A stretch of DNA of 63,535 nt, counting the filler, from Octopus bimaculoides (Eukaryota), in assembly GCF_001194135.2 (NCBI RefSeq). It is 8 parts of 8 records of this genome, joined end to end, with 100 filler letters (N's around TTAATTAATTAA, not from the genome) between each part and the next. Parts side by side here need not be neighbours in the genome. Positions count along the whole stretch, not along the records: positions 10,861 to 31,346 come from NC_068982.1; positions 31,447 to 46,361 come from NC_068984.1; 6 more parts are not named here. One strand, 5' to 3'. The position numbers and the translations under genes were made by a program. Of the stretch, positions 25,565 to 38,453 are shown piece after piece (the stretch's first letter is position 1; each line of letters starts with the position of its first letter). The notes beneath the pieces are model-generated. The model ran no database searches and had not been told where the DNA came from. It saw only the letters and a list, made by a program, of their open reading frames with translations.

Positions 25565-26450
25565 NNNNNNNNNNNNNNNNNNNNNNNNNNNNNNNNNNNN
25601 NNNNNNNNNNNNNNNNNNNNNNNNNNNNNNNNNNNNNNNNNNNNNNNNNNNNNNNNNNNNNNNNNNNNNNNNNNNNNNNNNNNNNNNNNNNNNNNNNNNN
25701 NNNNNNNNNNNNNNNNNNNNNNNNNNNNNNNNNNNNNNNNNNNNNNNNNNNNNNNNNNNNNNNNNNNNNNNNNNNNNNNNNNNNNNNNNNNNNNNNNNNN
25801 NNNNNNNNNNNNNNNNNNNNNNNNNNNNNNNNNNNNNNNNNNNNNNNNNNNNNNNNNNNNNNNNNNNNNNNNNNNNNNNNNNNNNNNNNNNNNNNNNNNN
25901 NNNNNNNNNNNNNNNNNNNNNNNNNNNNNNNNNNNNNNNNNNNNNNNNNNNNNNNNNNNNNNNNNNNNNNNNNNNNNNNNNNNNNNNNNNNNNNNNNNNN
26001 NNNNNNNNNNNNNNNNNNNNNNNNNNNNNNNNNNNNNNNNNNNNNNNNNNNNNNNNNNNNNNNNNNNNNNNNNNNNNNNNNNNNNNNNNNNNNNNNNNNN
26101 NNNNNNNNNNNNNNNNNNNNNNNNNNNNNNNNNNNNNNNNNNNNNNNNNNNNNNNNNNNNNNNNNNNNNNNNNNNNNNNNNNNNNNNNNNNNNNNNNNNN
26201 NNNNNNNNNNNNNNNNNNNNNNNNNNNNNNNNNNNNNNNNNNNNNNNNNNNNNNNNNNNNNNNNNNNNNNNNNNNNNNNNNNNNNNNNNNNNNNNNNNNN
26301 NNNNNNNNNNNNNNNNNNNNNNNNNNNNNNNNNNNNNNNNNNNNNNNNNNNNNNNNNNNNNNNNNNNNNNNNNNNNNNNNNNNNNNNNNNNNNNNNNNNN
26401 NNNNNNNNNNNNNNNNNNNNNNNNNNNNNNNNNNNNNNNNNNNNNNNNNA

Positions 26451-26616
26451 TACATATATACGACGGGCTTCTTTCAGTTTCCGTCTACCAAATCCACTCA
26501 CAAGGCTTTGGTCGGCTCGAAGCTATAGTAGAAGACACTTGCCCAAGGTGCCACGCTGTGGGACTGAACCCGGAACCATGTGGTTGGTAAGCAAGCTACT
26601 TACCACACAGCCACTG
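26451..26616 (-). mobile_element. SINE family A, 5' part
   Basis: Reverse complement of the tRNA/CORE head. Confidence 0.9.
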
Positions 26617-26623
26617 CACATTA

Positions 26624-26697
<74 letters not shown>

Positions 26698-26844
26698 GTA
26701 TTCTCTTTTAGTCGTGACGGTAAGAATGTGTTTCACAAAAGAATTGGCAGCGATTTCTAGCAAGCCAAGCAACCGCAGAGAAGATCACTTTCTACTTTGG
26801 ATGATTCAGCGGTGTTGTTTTTAGCGTCAAGGTCAGCCTCAGCA

Positions 26845-27107
26845 GACTTATAATCAAAATTGCTGGCCTTGTGCCATAATTAGAAACAATATTTCTTTCA
26901 TATTTTGGCACAAGGCTAGTAAGTTCGAAAGAGGTGTTAAATCGATTATATCGGCCCCAGTGCTCAACTGGCACTTACTTTATCGACTCTGAAAGATGAA
27001 AGGCAAAGTCAACCTCGGTGGAATTTGAATTCAGAGCGTAAAGACAGACGAAACACCCCTAAGCGTTTTTCCCGGCGAACTGATGATTCTGCTAGCTCGC
27101 TTTCTTA
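26845..27107 (-). mobile_element. SINE family B
   Basis: GATGAAAGGCAAAGTCAACCTCGGTGGAATTTGAATTC body. Confidence 0.85.
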
Positions 27108-27799
27108 AAATTAGAAAGAATATTAAAAGCGTGTGTTGCGACCTCGGTAGAGCGCAGAAACTAATGTTTTCAGGTAATTTTGTTACTAGCCTTCCTTTCT
27201 GAGTTTACATGTTATTGACTCTTTCCGGAATCGATAAAATACATACCAATCAAATAATGGCGTCAATATGTTCGGCAGTTTACTCCTTCCAAAATAGACG
27301 GCCTTGTCTCTTTGTTGTATGCAAGGCATTGACACTCTCTGCAGAGCGATTTACCTGTTGTTTAGTTCCAGTTTAGTCGTAAGCGAGTAGACCTATTATC
27401 AAGACTCACCATTCAGTCATTTGTCAGATAAGTTGCGTGTTGTATACATTGTTAAAGATCTCTCCTTTTTTAAGAAGCTAGGGGGTAATTTGATAGGGAT
27501 TTAGCTGTTATTTCTAGCAGGTATACCAACCTCTAGAGTTGAGATAGGGTACACATTTAGAATCTGGGATTAAAATAATTTGGAAGCGCGATCTTGCTGA
27601 GAAATATAATGAGTTTTTAATTCTATAAATGTACATGTATGCACGCTATCACACTAAGCTAGATTAATTAAAATGTTATAATGCATTAATTAACCAGATA
27701 ATTATTATGCCTTAAATACCGTAACACTAGAGATGCCACAGAGTTTGAAATTTAATAAAACTTCTCACCTTGTTTATTAATGAGAAGGTTGGTTTCTGC

Positions 27800-29339
27800 T
27801 TTCCTTTAGAAACTTCAGCAATGCTATATGAGACTGATGATGCGGCAATTTTTAATTAGTTTGCAAGATTATTATCAGTGAGACTAGCACGCAATTAGTT
27901 CTTGGTTAAATTTAACCATGAGAAAATCCTTTACGTGGTAGAAAACAGTAATGCAACTTTTAATAGCCGAATCCTGAAAAATAGATATTTTTCAATAAAC
28001 TATTAAATTTGGATATTAAAGTATTAACTAATGTTGAATGAATTATCTGAAAATGCAAGGCTACATGAGCTGAACCTTGCATACCATCAAAAGGATTTTC
28101 ATATATCCGTAATTCGGGCTCATGAATTTGTAAATGTTGCATTCTCTCGAAATTGATGTAAACGATCGAAACATTCTTTAACATACACCACCATCGGACC
28201 TGGTTTCTGTGCCTTGTTTTAGAAACTTTACTATGCAGTAGCGTTTTACAGTTGAGTTGCGAATAATTGTGTCGTTGATTCAGAGCTTTTGATATTAACA
28301 AGAGCAGAAATAAACTAATTGGAACACGTTGCATTTTCAAATTTATATGATTTAAGTAGTTAATAGTTTCAATGGGATTTAATTTAATAAGCCAAAGTCT
28401 CAGAGGGTATTTCAACTCATTGAAGCGTTTGAAGATGCAACCTTTTGCTTAACTTGCAAACTTCACGCTTGTACAATCAATCGTCGTATTTAAATATTTT
28501 TTATGGCGTTAATTTATTTTGTTACCACTTTCCTCATTTGGTTCATTTAGAAGAGAATGGGTAAAAATTGTGTTGTTGAATATGACGATTACACACTATA
28601 AATTGATTGACTAGTCTCCGATTCTTGCTTGAATAAGCAACAAGTCCTCTTTTAGATCCTAACATAGAAACCATCTGTAATTATGCTGCTTAGCTGAAAC
28701 TACTTTCACTGATTTGACCCCGGAAAAAAGTTACATAATAAAGCAAGCAAATCTTTGCGTTTTCTTAATGTTGTCGTTTTCCCACGTACACATATAGCCA
28801 ACGGTGCTATATTTACTATACCTGCTATCGCATCTACAGCAACTGAAAACAGCACAAATTCTGAGACTGCGTATTTCAAAAAGTCTTGGCTATAGTTAGC
28901 CAGGCCTTACAATGATAAAAACTAACCCTCATCATAAGCTAATAGTTTCAAATGATCTGATTATTTACTGGTTAAGATTTGCACAACAACCACTGTACAC
29001 CTCTAGCTTTCATATGGAGTTTTACTTCCTTTGCAATTAACTGGCACAAGTTATAGCTTGCTTGCGTTCAGAGATACTTTCATTACTGTATCTTTACGAA
29101 ATAGATTGTTGTTTTCATAAAACGTTTTTGTAAATTACTAGATTGTCTAACGCGGAGTCCCTTTAAGGGTTTCGTATTTCATTATGTCGTTAACGATTGT
29201 ACTTTATATAAACTGCAACCGAATTTTTACAAATACGGTACAGTTTGTAATTACATCTGTGTAAATGTAACTATCGGACCATTTGTCATTAACAAAGAAC
29301 TTTTGTCGGCACTTTTTATTTTTTACTAGTACCAGCCAT
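27800..29339 (-). mobile_element. Decayed hAT transposase (SPIN/GTF2IRD2/Charlie-like)
   Basis: Frameshifted peptides in the expected order: KWSDSYIYTDV, ASYNLCQLIAKE, FETISL, FSVAVDAIAG..NIAPLAICVRG, SMLGSKRGLVAY, LNQRHNYSQL, RASLTDNNL..LKIAA. Confidence 0.75.
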
Positions 29340-30294
29340 TGCAGAAAAAGTCACTTGTACGTACATTGCGATTTTAATGTGAAATAAACAATTGGAAACT
29401 GAACCGTAAAAGTTGCGAGTATTCAAGACTTTTGCACTTAATTTGTAATGACAACACCGACAACCAGCCTTAACAATAATTAAATTCACCCTGACTATTC
29501 ATCACCAATAACATTCTGACTATTCATCACCAATAAGGCAGAATAAATGCCTGCAAGTGAGGTTTTTCGAAAGCAGAAAACAAATGCTTAAACGCTAAAT
29601 GCTAATTAGTTATAATAATGGTATGACATCTTAACTCCTATTTATTCTGCTTCATGATTGATAACTCAAGATATGCATTATGGCTAGCATAAATTTGTTT
29701 ACATCTTACGCAAGTGTTGAATATAATTATGTTAAATTAGTTTTGGTCTTTTTTCTTTTCTTCTTTTTTTTTTATACGAGCTTTTAGAAAATTTCAGTGG
29801 TTTTCACTATTAATGCAATGTTTTCGCAGCCGCAGATGATTCCTTACTATGGTGTTTAGTTACGGGTCTATGTTGCAGTTCGTTACACTGGAGTGGACGA
29901 AATAAGTACTAGTTAAAGACAAGCGCTGATATGATCGTCTGTTAACCTCCTGTAAACTAGTTGCTCTTGTGTCCGTGTTAGAAATCAGTATTAAGTGTAA
30001 TTGCTACTAAAACGATACACTTTGGTGCATTAAGCACCAATGAAGCATTGAGATAAGTTCAATCAACTACAACAACTATAATATGCGTAGCATTCCGTTT
30101 ATGTAAAGAAAACAAATTATAAGAATACATTAGCAACACATTGTGTATTGCTAATATATTTTCAAACTTTTCCATTCTTAAAATATGCAGGACGATTGTT
30201 GAAACACAATTCGTATACATGAACAATAAATAAATGAAATTTAAAAACAGGAGTTCAAATATATAAAAATCGGAAAAAATATTCCTCTGAATTA

Positions 30295-30530
30295 AAGGCG
30301 GTGACCTGGTAGAACCTTTAGAGATTCGGCAAGGAAAAAATATGCTTTCACGCTATTTCTTTTGACTATCTGAATTTTTGAGTTCAGATCCCGATGAGAT
30401 CAGCTTTGTCTTTTAGCCTTTCGGGGATATAAAATCAAGTAGCAATCAAGTACTGAGATCGATGGTATCAATTTACCCCTCCCATCAAAATTATTGGCTT
30501 TGTGCTTAAATAAGAAGACATTATTATTAT
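30295..30530 (+). mobile_element. SINE family B, diverged
   Basis: AAAGGCGGTGACCTGGTAGAA head, GAGTTCAGATCCC B-box, (ATT)n tail. Confidence 0.7.
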
Positions 30531-30891
30531 TGTTGGTGGTGTGATACTTTTGTTACTGCGGATAGCAGTTATGAACTAAAATGCTTATATGTTGTACACG
30601 ATCGTCTTACAAACATGAGGAGAGAGGATTCTAGTGTGGTGTACGGGATCTACTTTCACATATTTGTAATAACAGTGCATATTTTATTGTACGGCTTTAG
30701 AAATTTCTACGGTGAAATTAACTCAGAAACGAGAGACATCGAATAATAACGTATAACTTACCACTACTGTTCACGAAGCCATTGGCGTCTGGCAGATAGT
30801 TCACTTGTTCTATACCACATTATTCTACTGAACAGGTCATATCCTCACACAAGCGCGCACACACACATACACAAATACACACAAAGAATCG

Positions 30892-30939
<48 letters not shown>

Positions 30940-31446
30940 TACATATATACATATATACATATGCTAACATGCATACGTAAAAATACGCGCATACCAAGGC
31001 ATTCACACACAGACACAAACTCGAGTACGCAATGACAATGTGCTCGCGCTCACACAGACAATACCTACTCTCATACACACGTACGCAAGCATGCTCATTC
31101 GTATATATACCTCGCACAATCATATGCCCATACACTCTCTATCGCGCGAACACACACAAATCACACAATTACGCGCGCGCGCGCACAGAGACTCACTTAC
31201 TCATGTTCAAGCGAACGCACACTGGTTCTACTTATCTACGTATGTGTATGTACCATGTATTTGTCTACACACACACATATATATGTGTGTGTGCGTTCGC
31301 AAGCATGTGGAGTCTCTCCCTCTATATATATATAGCTTTCGCGCTCNNNNNNNNNNNNNNNNNNNNNNNNNNNNNNNNNNNNNNNNNNNNTTAATTAATT
31401 AANNNNNNNNNNNNNNNNNNNNNNNNNNNNNNNNNNNNNNNNNNNN

Positions 31447-31492
<46 letters not shown>

Positions 31493-33513
31493 CTAACAGG
31501 AAACCGGCAGTATGCACAGATCCATACTATGCTCTATGATCATATCTGCCCAACAACGATGAAACCTTAAACATTAGCTACATGATGACATAACGATCAC
31601 CTGTCTAATTTCACTAGCGCCACACCAATGCTTGTGCAAGATATGCAAGGTCTTGTTGCAGTACTCTGCACACACATACACACATATGTGTATGGGTGTA
31701 TATGTATACAGGCAGGGAGAGAAAGAGGAAGTATGTGTCTGATTCGACCAAGATGAATATATATATATATATCCGCGTGTGTGTGTCTGTGTGTGTCTGT
31801 GTGTACATATATAGCATGCATATATCTATGCATGCACATGTATGTGTGGGTGTATCTGAGTTCGGTGGTGGGTGTCTGGGGGTGGATGGGCTTGAGTGTA
31901 TTTGAATCCATTAAAATATTTTGAGATATATCGACAGACAAATAGAATTAAAATGGTAATTGTATTCATGTTTGCCTACATGCTCCCGTTTATTTGTGGT
32001 ACTTGTAGATGCATAAAGTTGTTTTGCTTTGCATACTGATATTCATAAAGCAACGACAACAACGACGACTACAACAATAACAAAAACAGGTTACATTTAT
32101 ATTTAAAAGACGAAGACAACATCAATATTACACAAACATGAAACACAAATACAACATAAATATTAAAATATTCAAAGAACTACCTAAAAGGAAAGAAAAG
32201 GGAAAGAACAATAATCCACATTATCAACAACAATGATAACAATAAGCGACAACTAGAAAGAAAATAATATGGACGAAATATAAACAAACAATGAGACAAA
32301 GTTATAAAGCAGATTTGCTGGAACACGCCTTCTTGCAAGCGTTCCATCATAATAACTCTAACTGAATTAAGAAAGACAAGACCATAGAAATGGAAATCTC
32401 ATTTCTTCTTATTCAATTTTCTACAAGTGACAAGCGAACTTTTACCCTTTCCAAGACGGAGTGACATATTCTGAATTTAATTTCCTGTGCAAATTAGCTG
32501 TTGAAATGTCATAATTAAATGTAACAATGTTTTTTGTTGTTTTGTTGTTTTGTTTTTCACATATTTCTGTTGAGCAGATGCAGCGTCCTTTTGACGGCAC
32601 TTGGCCCAAGATGGCTTCTATTCCTCCATAAATTCGGAAATCTTACGATGAAACAGTATTCATTTTCATATTTGCATGTATGTATGTATCTATGCATGAA
32701 TGTATGTATTTTGTATACGTAAATGTATAGATACGCGCACGCTCACACACACATACACAAACACATACATATGTATACATAAATCTTTTTCTCTGCACAA
32801 ACATTCTCTCACACATACATGAATACATCAACCGATCCCTATATCTATTTGTGAATGTGTATGTATATGTATGTTTGTAATTGTAGATATATATGTATGT
32901 GTCTAAATGTATGTCCGTATGCTTTAACTGTTTTCCTCTCGTTGACCCCTTCCTTGATATATGCGAGTTAAGCAATATCATCTCTGGCCTTTTATTTACA
33001 GTTTTATCATTTTGATCAGATTCTTTTGCTACTTTTGAGCTGCGGGATTAAATGGTAAGAATACAATAACACTGATAAAGACAGATATATAAATACGTGT
33101 ATATATATANNNNNNNNNNNNNNNNNNNNNNNNNNNNNNNNNNNNNNNNNNNNNNNNNNNNNNNNNNNNNNNNNNNNNNNNNNNNNNNNNNNNNNNNNNN
33201 NNNNNNNNNNNNNNNNNNNNNNNNNNNNNNNNNNNNNNNNNNNNNNNNNNNNNNNNNNNNNNNNNNNNNNNNNNNNNNNNNNNNNNNNNNNNNNNNNNNN
33301 NNNNNNNNNNNNNNNNNNNNNNNNNNNNNNNNNNNNNNNNNNNNNNNNNNNNNNNNNNNNNNNNNNNNNNNNNNNNNNNNNNNNNNNNNNNNNNNNNNNN
33401 NNNNNNNNNNNNNNNNNNNNNNNNNNNNNNNNNNNNNNNNNNNNNNNNNNNNNNNNNNNNNNNNNNNNNNNNNNNNNNNNNNNNNNNNNNNNNNNNNNNN
33501 NNNNNNNNNNNNN

Positions 33514-33541
<28 letters not shown>

Positions 33542-33545
<4 letters not shown>

Positions 33546-33710
33546 GACGGGCTTCTTTCAGTTTCCGTCTACCAAAGCTACTCACGGGGATTTGGTCGGC
33601 CCGAAGCTATAGTAGAAGACCCTTTGCTCAACGTGCCATACAGTGGGACTGAACCCGGAACCATGTGGTTGGTAAGCAAGCTACTTACCGCACAGACACT
33701 CCTGCGCCTA
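33542..33710 (-). mobile_element. SINE family A, 5' part
   Basis: Matches the head of the other copies. Confidence 0.85.
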
Positions 33711-33777
33711 TATATATACATACATACATACATACATATATATATACATATATATATATACATATATATATATATAC

Positions 33778-33872
<95 letters not shown>

Positions 33873-34311
33873 CACACACACTTACACACACTCACACACA
33901 CGCATACACACACATATATGTATGGGCATATTGTCATGTGTGTGCATATATCCGTGTGCGTGCTTGTTGTGTGTGGAGCTGTTATGTATAATCATGCATT
34001 AGACATTTAAGCTATAACCGGGAGGGTACTCAATGTATTTATTCGGGTTACAGCATTTATATTTACAAAGTAAATGTTGGCAGTAACTTCGAAGTTTCCC
34101 ATTATGGTCGGCTTCGTATGAGTACAGCCCATTGATATGCATCTATATGTATCTTTGCCTTTATAGAACTTATATCTATAATGCATTTCTTCATAATGTC
34201 AATGATTCAAATGTCGATACACACACTCAGACACACACACACACACACTAGCGCGCGCACATACACATACGCACTCACGCATACATATCTGCATACGTTT
34301 GTATATATATA

Positions 34312-34350
<39 letters not shown>

Positions 34351-34353
34351 GTG

Positions 34354-35112
34354 TAGACGGTGGCGGGGGCCCAAAACAAACCAACATTTTGCAATATTAT
34401 CTCATTCATTTAGTTTTACGTTTACACTTTTATCGCCTTCAGCGTGTTCTCCATTTGAAGCTATGCATTGGTCCAGACGCGTTTTCCACAGTTCGAAGCA
34501 GTCCTGGAACTCTTGCGAAGTGATGTTTTTTACCGCCTCTGTCGTTTATTCTTTTCTTCGCCTCTTCCATATCTGCAAATTCCATAGCAGCAGCTTTTGT
34601 CACCAGAGATGACCTTCGAAAAAGGTCCGGATTAACTTCCAACTGTTCTTTCAATTCACGACACGCATTCACTCGTCACTGCTTTTGATCTTCCACGAGC
34701 AAGTGAGGCGCAAATTTCGCTGCACCTCTTTTCATTCACAATTCCTCACTCAAAATTCGTTGTCAGGAGCTCCAGGACACACCAGTCATATCAACAAGTT
34801 CGTCAATTTTTCTGTGACTGTCCAAGATCAGTTCATGAATTTTTATGATGTTTTCATTCATTCGTGAGTTCGACGGTCGTCTTGAACGAGGTTGGTTTTC
34901 AAGTGACAAGTGACCATTCCTAAAGCGTGAAAACCGCTCGTAAACTTGAGTTTTGCTCATTTTCCTTGTAAGCAATTTGACAACTGTATCGTTTTTCCCA
35001 GCAGAAAACAAAATTTCACGGAAGCACGTTGTTCCTTCGTTTCAACCATCGCAAAAACTAACTTGATGAACAGGGGAGAAGCACTGCAAAACAAAGACTC
35101 CCCTCCCACGTG
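34354..35112 (-). mobile_element. Internally deleted mariner element
   Basis: Peptides EQRASVKFCFLLGK, KTQVYERFSRFRNGHLSLENQPRSRRPS and NACRELKEQLEVNPDLF joined to the C-terminal FADMEE...DQCIASNGE; the DDD core is missing. Confidence 0.85.
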
Positions 35113-35269
35113 CCAGTACAACTCTATGCGAAGACTTCGGTCAGAGGACTGATGCCTAAGTGTCGCATCGAGTGACTTGTAGCGGCGTAAGCCTGAAACA
35201 CAACGGGCTTTCACCACACATACTTTTGGGTGCCAGCAGATTTTGAGGGGATGCACCAAGTCGATAACA

Positions 35270-35455
35270 TGTACTCCGGGACTTGACAGGTACTTTATTT
35301 CATCGATCCCGAAAGGACGAAAGGCAAAGTTGACCTTTGTGGGAGTTGAAATCAGAACGTAAATCCTCCGAACAATTAACGATAACCATTTTGTTCGACG
35401 TAAGATGTAGAACATAATGATTTCAAATCTTGACACAAGGCCTGCAATTTTGAAC
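35270..35455 (-). mobile_element. SINE family B, diverged
   Basis: CGATCCCGAAAGGACGAAAGGCAAAGTTGACC body. Confidence 0.7.
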
Positions 35456-35459
35456 TAGA

Positions 35460-36025
35460 CAGTTCGCTCACGTGCTTGCGTTTCCTAGGTATCGAGGTTG
35501 ATCTCAAAGCTCTTCAGAGAGGCTTTGAGTGTGCTCCTGAAGTGCTTTTTCTGTCCACCTTGCTTTCACTTGTCTTCAGACAGTTCGCTGTAAAGCGGTC
35601 GCTTGGGGAGTCGCATGTTAGGTATTCAGACAAGATGCCCTATTCACCTTGCTTGCCCCCCCTCCCCTCAGCAGTGAGTAAATGCTCGGTAGTTCAGCTC
35701 GAGAAAGGAATTCCATGCCTGGGACCTTGTCTTGCCAGGTGATTTTAAATAGCTTTCTCAGACAGTTCATTTGGTAGCAGTTTAGCTTTTTTTGCGTGAC
35801 GTTTGTAAATTGTCCAAGTCTCGAAAGCATACAATAGCGTAGGCAGTACAACTGCTTGGTACACCTTCAGCTTGGTAGCCAGCTTAACATCTCTTCCTCC
35901 TTCACTGATTCACGTAACCGCCTGAATGTTGAACTTCTCTTGGCGATGCGTGCCTGATCTCATTGTCAATGTTCACAGATCTGGAGAGTGTGCTTCCGAG
36001 GTATGTTAATTGCTGGAATATAGTC
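35460..36025 (-). mobile_element. RTE (BovB-like) LINE 3' fragment
   Basis: TYLGSTLSRSVNIDNE and NCLRKLFKITWQDKVP..E.LSRAELPSI match the RTE RT thumb/C-terminal region. Confidence 0.85.
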
Positions 36026-36049
36026 AATAACATTGCCCTTTTTTTTGTT

Positions 36050-36428
36050 TTTGACATTCCGTCGCTTACGACGTCGTGAGTTCCAGTTGATTCGATCAAC
36101 AGAACAACCTGCTCGTGAAATTAACGTGTAGGTGGCTGAGCACTCCACAGACACGTGTACCCTTAACGTAGTTCTCGGGTATATTCAGCGTGACACAGTG
36201 TGACAAGGCAGACCCTTTGAATTACAGGCACAACAGAAACAGGAAGTAAGAATGAGAGAAAGTTGTGGTGAAAGAGTACAGCAGGGCTCGCCACCATCCC
36301 CTGCCGGAGCCTTGTGGAGCTTTAGGTGTTTTCGCTCCATAAACACTCACAACACCCGGTCTGGGAATCGAAACCGCGATCCTATGACCGCGAGTCCGCT
36401 GCCCTAACCACTGGGCCATTGCGCCTCC
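36050..36428 (-). mobile_element. SINE family C, full length with intact tRNA-like head
   Basis: Head GGAGGCGCAATGGCCCAGTGGTTAGGGCAGCGGACTCGCGGTCATAGGATCGCGGTTTCGATTCCC carries A and B boxes. Confidence 0.9.
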
Positions 36429-36583
36429 TAATTAAAATTACAGGTTTAGTATTAATTCAAATGCTATCTATTTATATTGCAGACATGTTTCTGAGATGAA
36501 TAGCGAATAATGATTATGGAGAGGTTATAGCGTTTTTCAGTACATTACGGAAGGATATTTAAAATTTTATGAATGCTCTATAG

Positions 36584-36921
36584 CAGGGGTTCTCAAACTG
36601 GGTTCATATGGCTCATGAGAGTCCGTATAAGACTTTTGGGGGTCCACGCAACAAAATAATAAATATAAGGTCCACAATATAATAAATTGCTGTAGATGTA
36701 TGTACTGGTTTGTATTGAACGAAACAGCGAGGTGTTTTTCTCTAACATTGTACATACTTCAACATACACAAATTGATTTGTGAAAAGAAAAATAGGAACT
36801 TTGAAACAAGTTTTCATCAAATTATTTTTTAAACATCGAATGGTTATGGGGGTCAGGGGTCAACCAGAATAAAATAGTAATCAAAGATATCCAGAGATAA
36901 AAAGATGGTCAAGAACCCCTA
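36584..36921. mobile_element. hAT (Charlie-type) MITE with perfect 8-bp TSD
   Basis: TIRs CAGGGGTTCTCAA / TCAAGAACCCCTA; CTCTATAG on both sides. Confidence 0.9.
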
Positions 36922-37284
36922 CTCTATAGGCACATTGTATTCCTATTCATCAGTTTAACATAAAGATTCTTAAAATCTCTAAAATCATGAAGTAATCACG
37001 GAAACAATTTGGTAATAAGTCATAACTAATCAAGACTAAAATAATGAGGGAGATTCTGGTCCGTGTTGCAAAATGACAATACTGTAATTCCAAGCGAGTA
37101 AGAGAGAAATTGAACCAGAGCGGAATACTTGGAGTTATAAAGCCCTTTCTCGTACCTAAATTAAAACCCTTTATTGATATCCCGGAATTTATTTACCAAA
37201 GCAAGTGGAAATGTAATTTCGAGATTTACTCAGAAATGAAGAGCGTTAAATATTTATCAAACGTATGATGAGACATTTAATAAT

Positions 37285-37549
37285 GTTTTCAAATTTTGAC
37301 ACAAGGCCAGCAATTTTAGAGGGAGGCTCTATCTAAGTCGATTACATCGATTCCAGTACTCAACTGGTACTTAATTTATCGACCCCGAAAGGATGAAAGG
37401 CAAAGTTGACCTCGGTGGAAATAATCCTTTCTACTGGAGGCACAAGGCCTCATATTTATGAGGACGGGACTAGTCGATTACATCGACCCCAATGTTTCAA
37501 TGATACTTTATCGATCCTGATAGGAAGAACGGCAAAGTTGACCACGACG

Positions 37550-37621
<72 letters not shown>

Positions 37622-37845
37622 TGACAATAATGATAATAATAATGATTAAATATTATATGCGTAGATAAGGCGGCGAGGTGGCGGAATCGTTCGCACGCCG
37701 GGAAAAATGCTTAGTCATTTCGTCCAAGGTCTACTTTACCTTTCATTGCTTCGTGGTCGATAAAGTAAGTACCAGTTGAACACTACGGTCAATATGATGG
37801 ACTTATCCCTCTCTCCGACATCCCAGGCCTTGTGCCAAAATTTGG
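37285..37845. mobile_element. Three SINE B pieces clustered around an (AAT)n tract
   Basis: Two minus-strand partial copies left of the tract and one plus-strand copy right of it. Confidence 0.8.
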
Positions 37846-38453
37846 GTATATGTTATATCTACACATACGGCACGCCTACATGTTTATCTCATAGTGGGAA
37901 AGCCAGATACGACTAGACAGTCAGAAGCCTAGGCAACAGATGAGTAAAATGGCTTGGTATGACTCACATGCGAGGTGTCTAAATATAACTGGATGGCTAA
38001 GAGGACAAGATTATTATTCGCTGGTGAAATGTGTAGACATGATTGGCTGGCTAGAGAGCTCGATATGATTCGCTGGCGAGTTATGTAAATATGACTAAGT
38101 GGTTAGATGAACAGATGGTTAAAGATGACTTAGATGAGTAATTACGATCAATTGTTGATGAGTGATTAGGATCAATTGTTTCAATGGTTATATATGACTA
38201 AATTGTAAAATATGACTAAGTGGTTAGATATCCGGGTTTGTCAGGATTAATAGATAGCTAGATATAATTAGATGACTAAACGTCTCGTTACTGCTGGATT
38301 GTTAGATAGACGGAAAAATGTGGCGAAATTGTGAACGACCAGATATCACTAAATATATATATGGCTGAACACGACTATATATATGATATGATAGGTAGAT
38401 ATCTAGATGACTATATATATGACATTGTAGTTGGGTGTTTAAATGATTATATA

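Noticed and set aside
35145-35205. CTGATGC...GAAAC spacing
   Set aside because: A9 is missing and stem II and stem I pairing are absent.
36360-36428. tRNA-like sequence
   Set aside because: It is the head of a SINE, colinear with a multi-copy body, and not a standalone tRNA gene.
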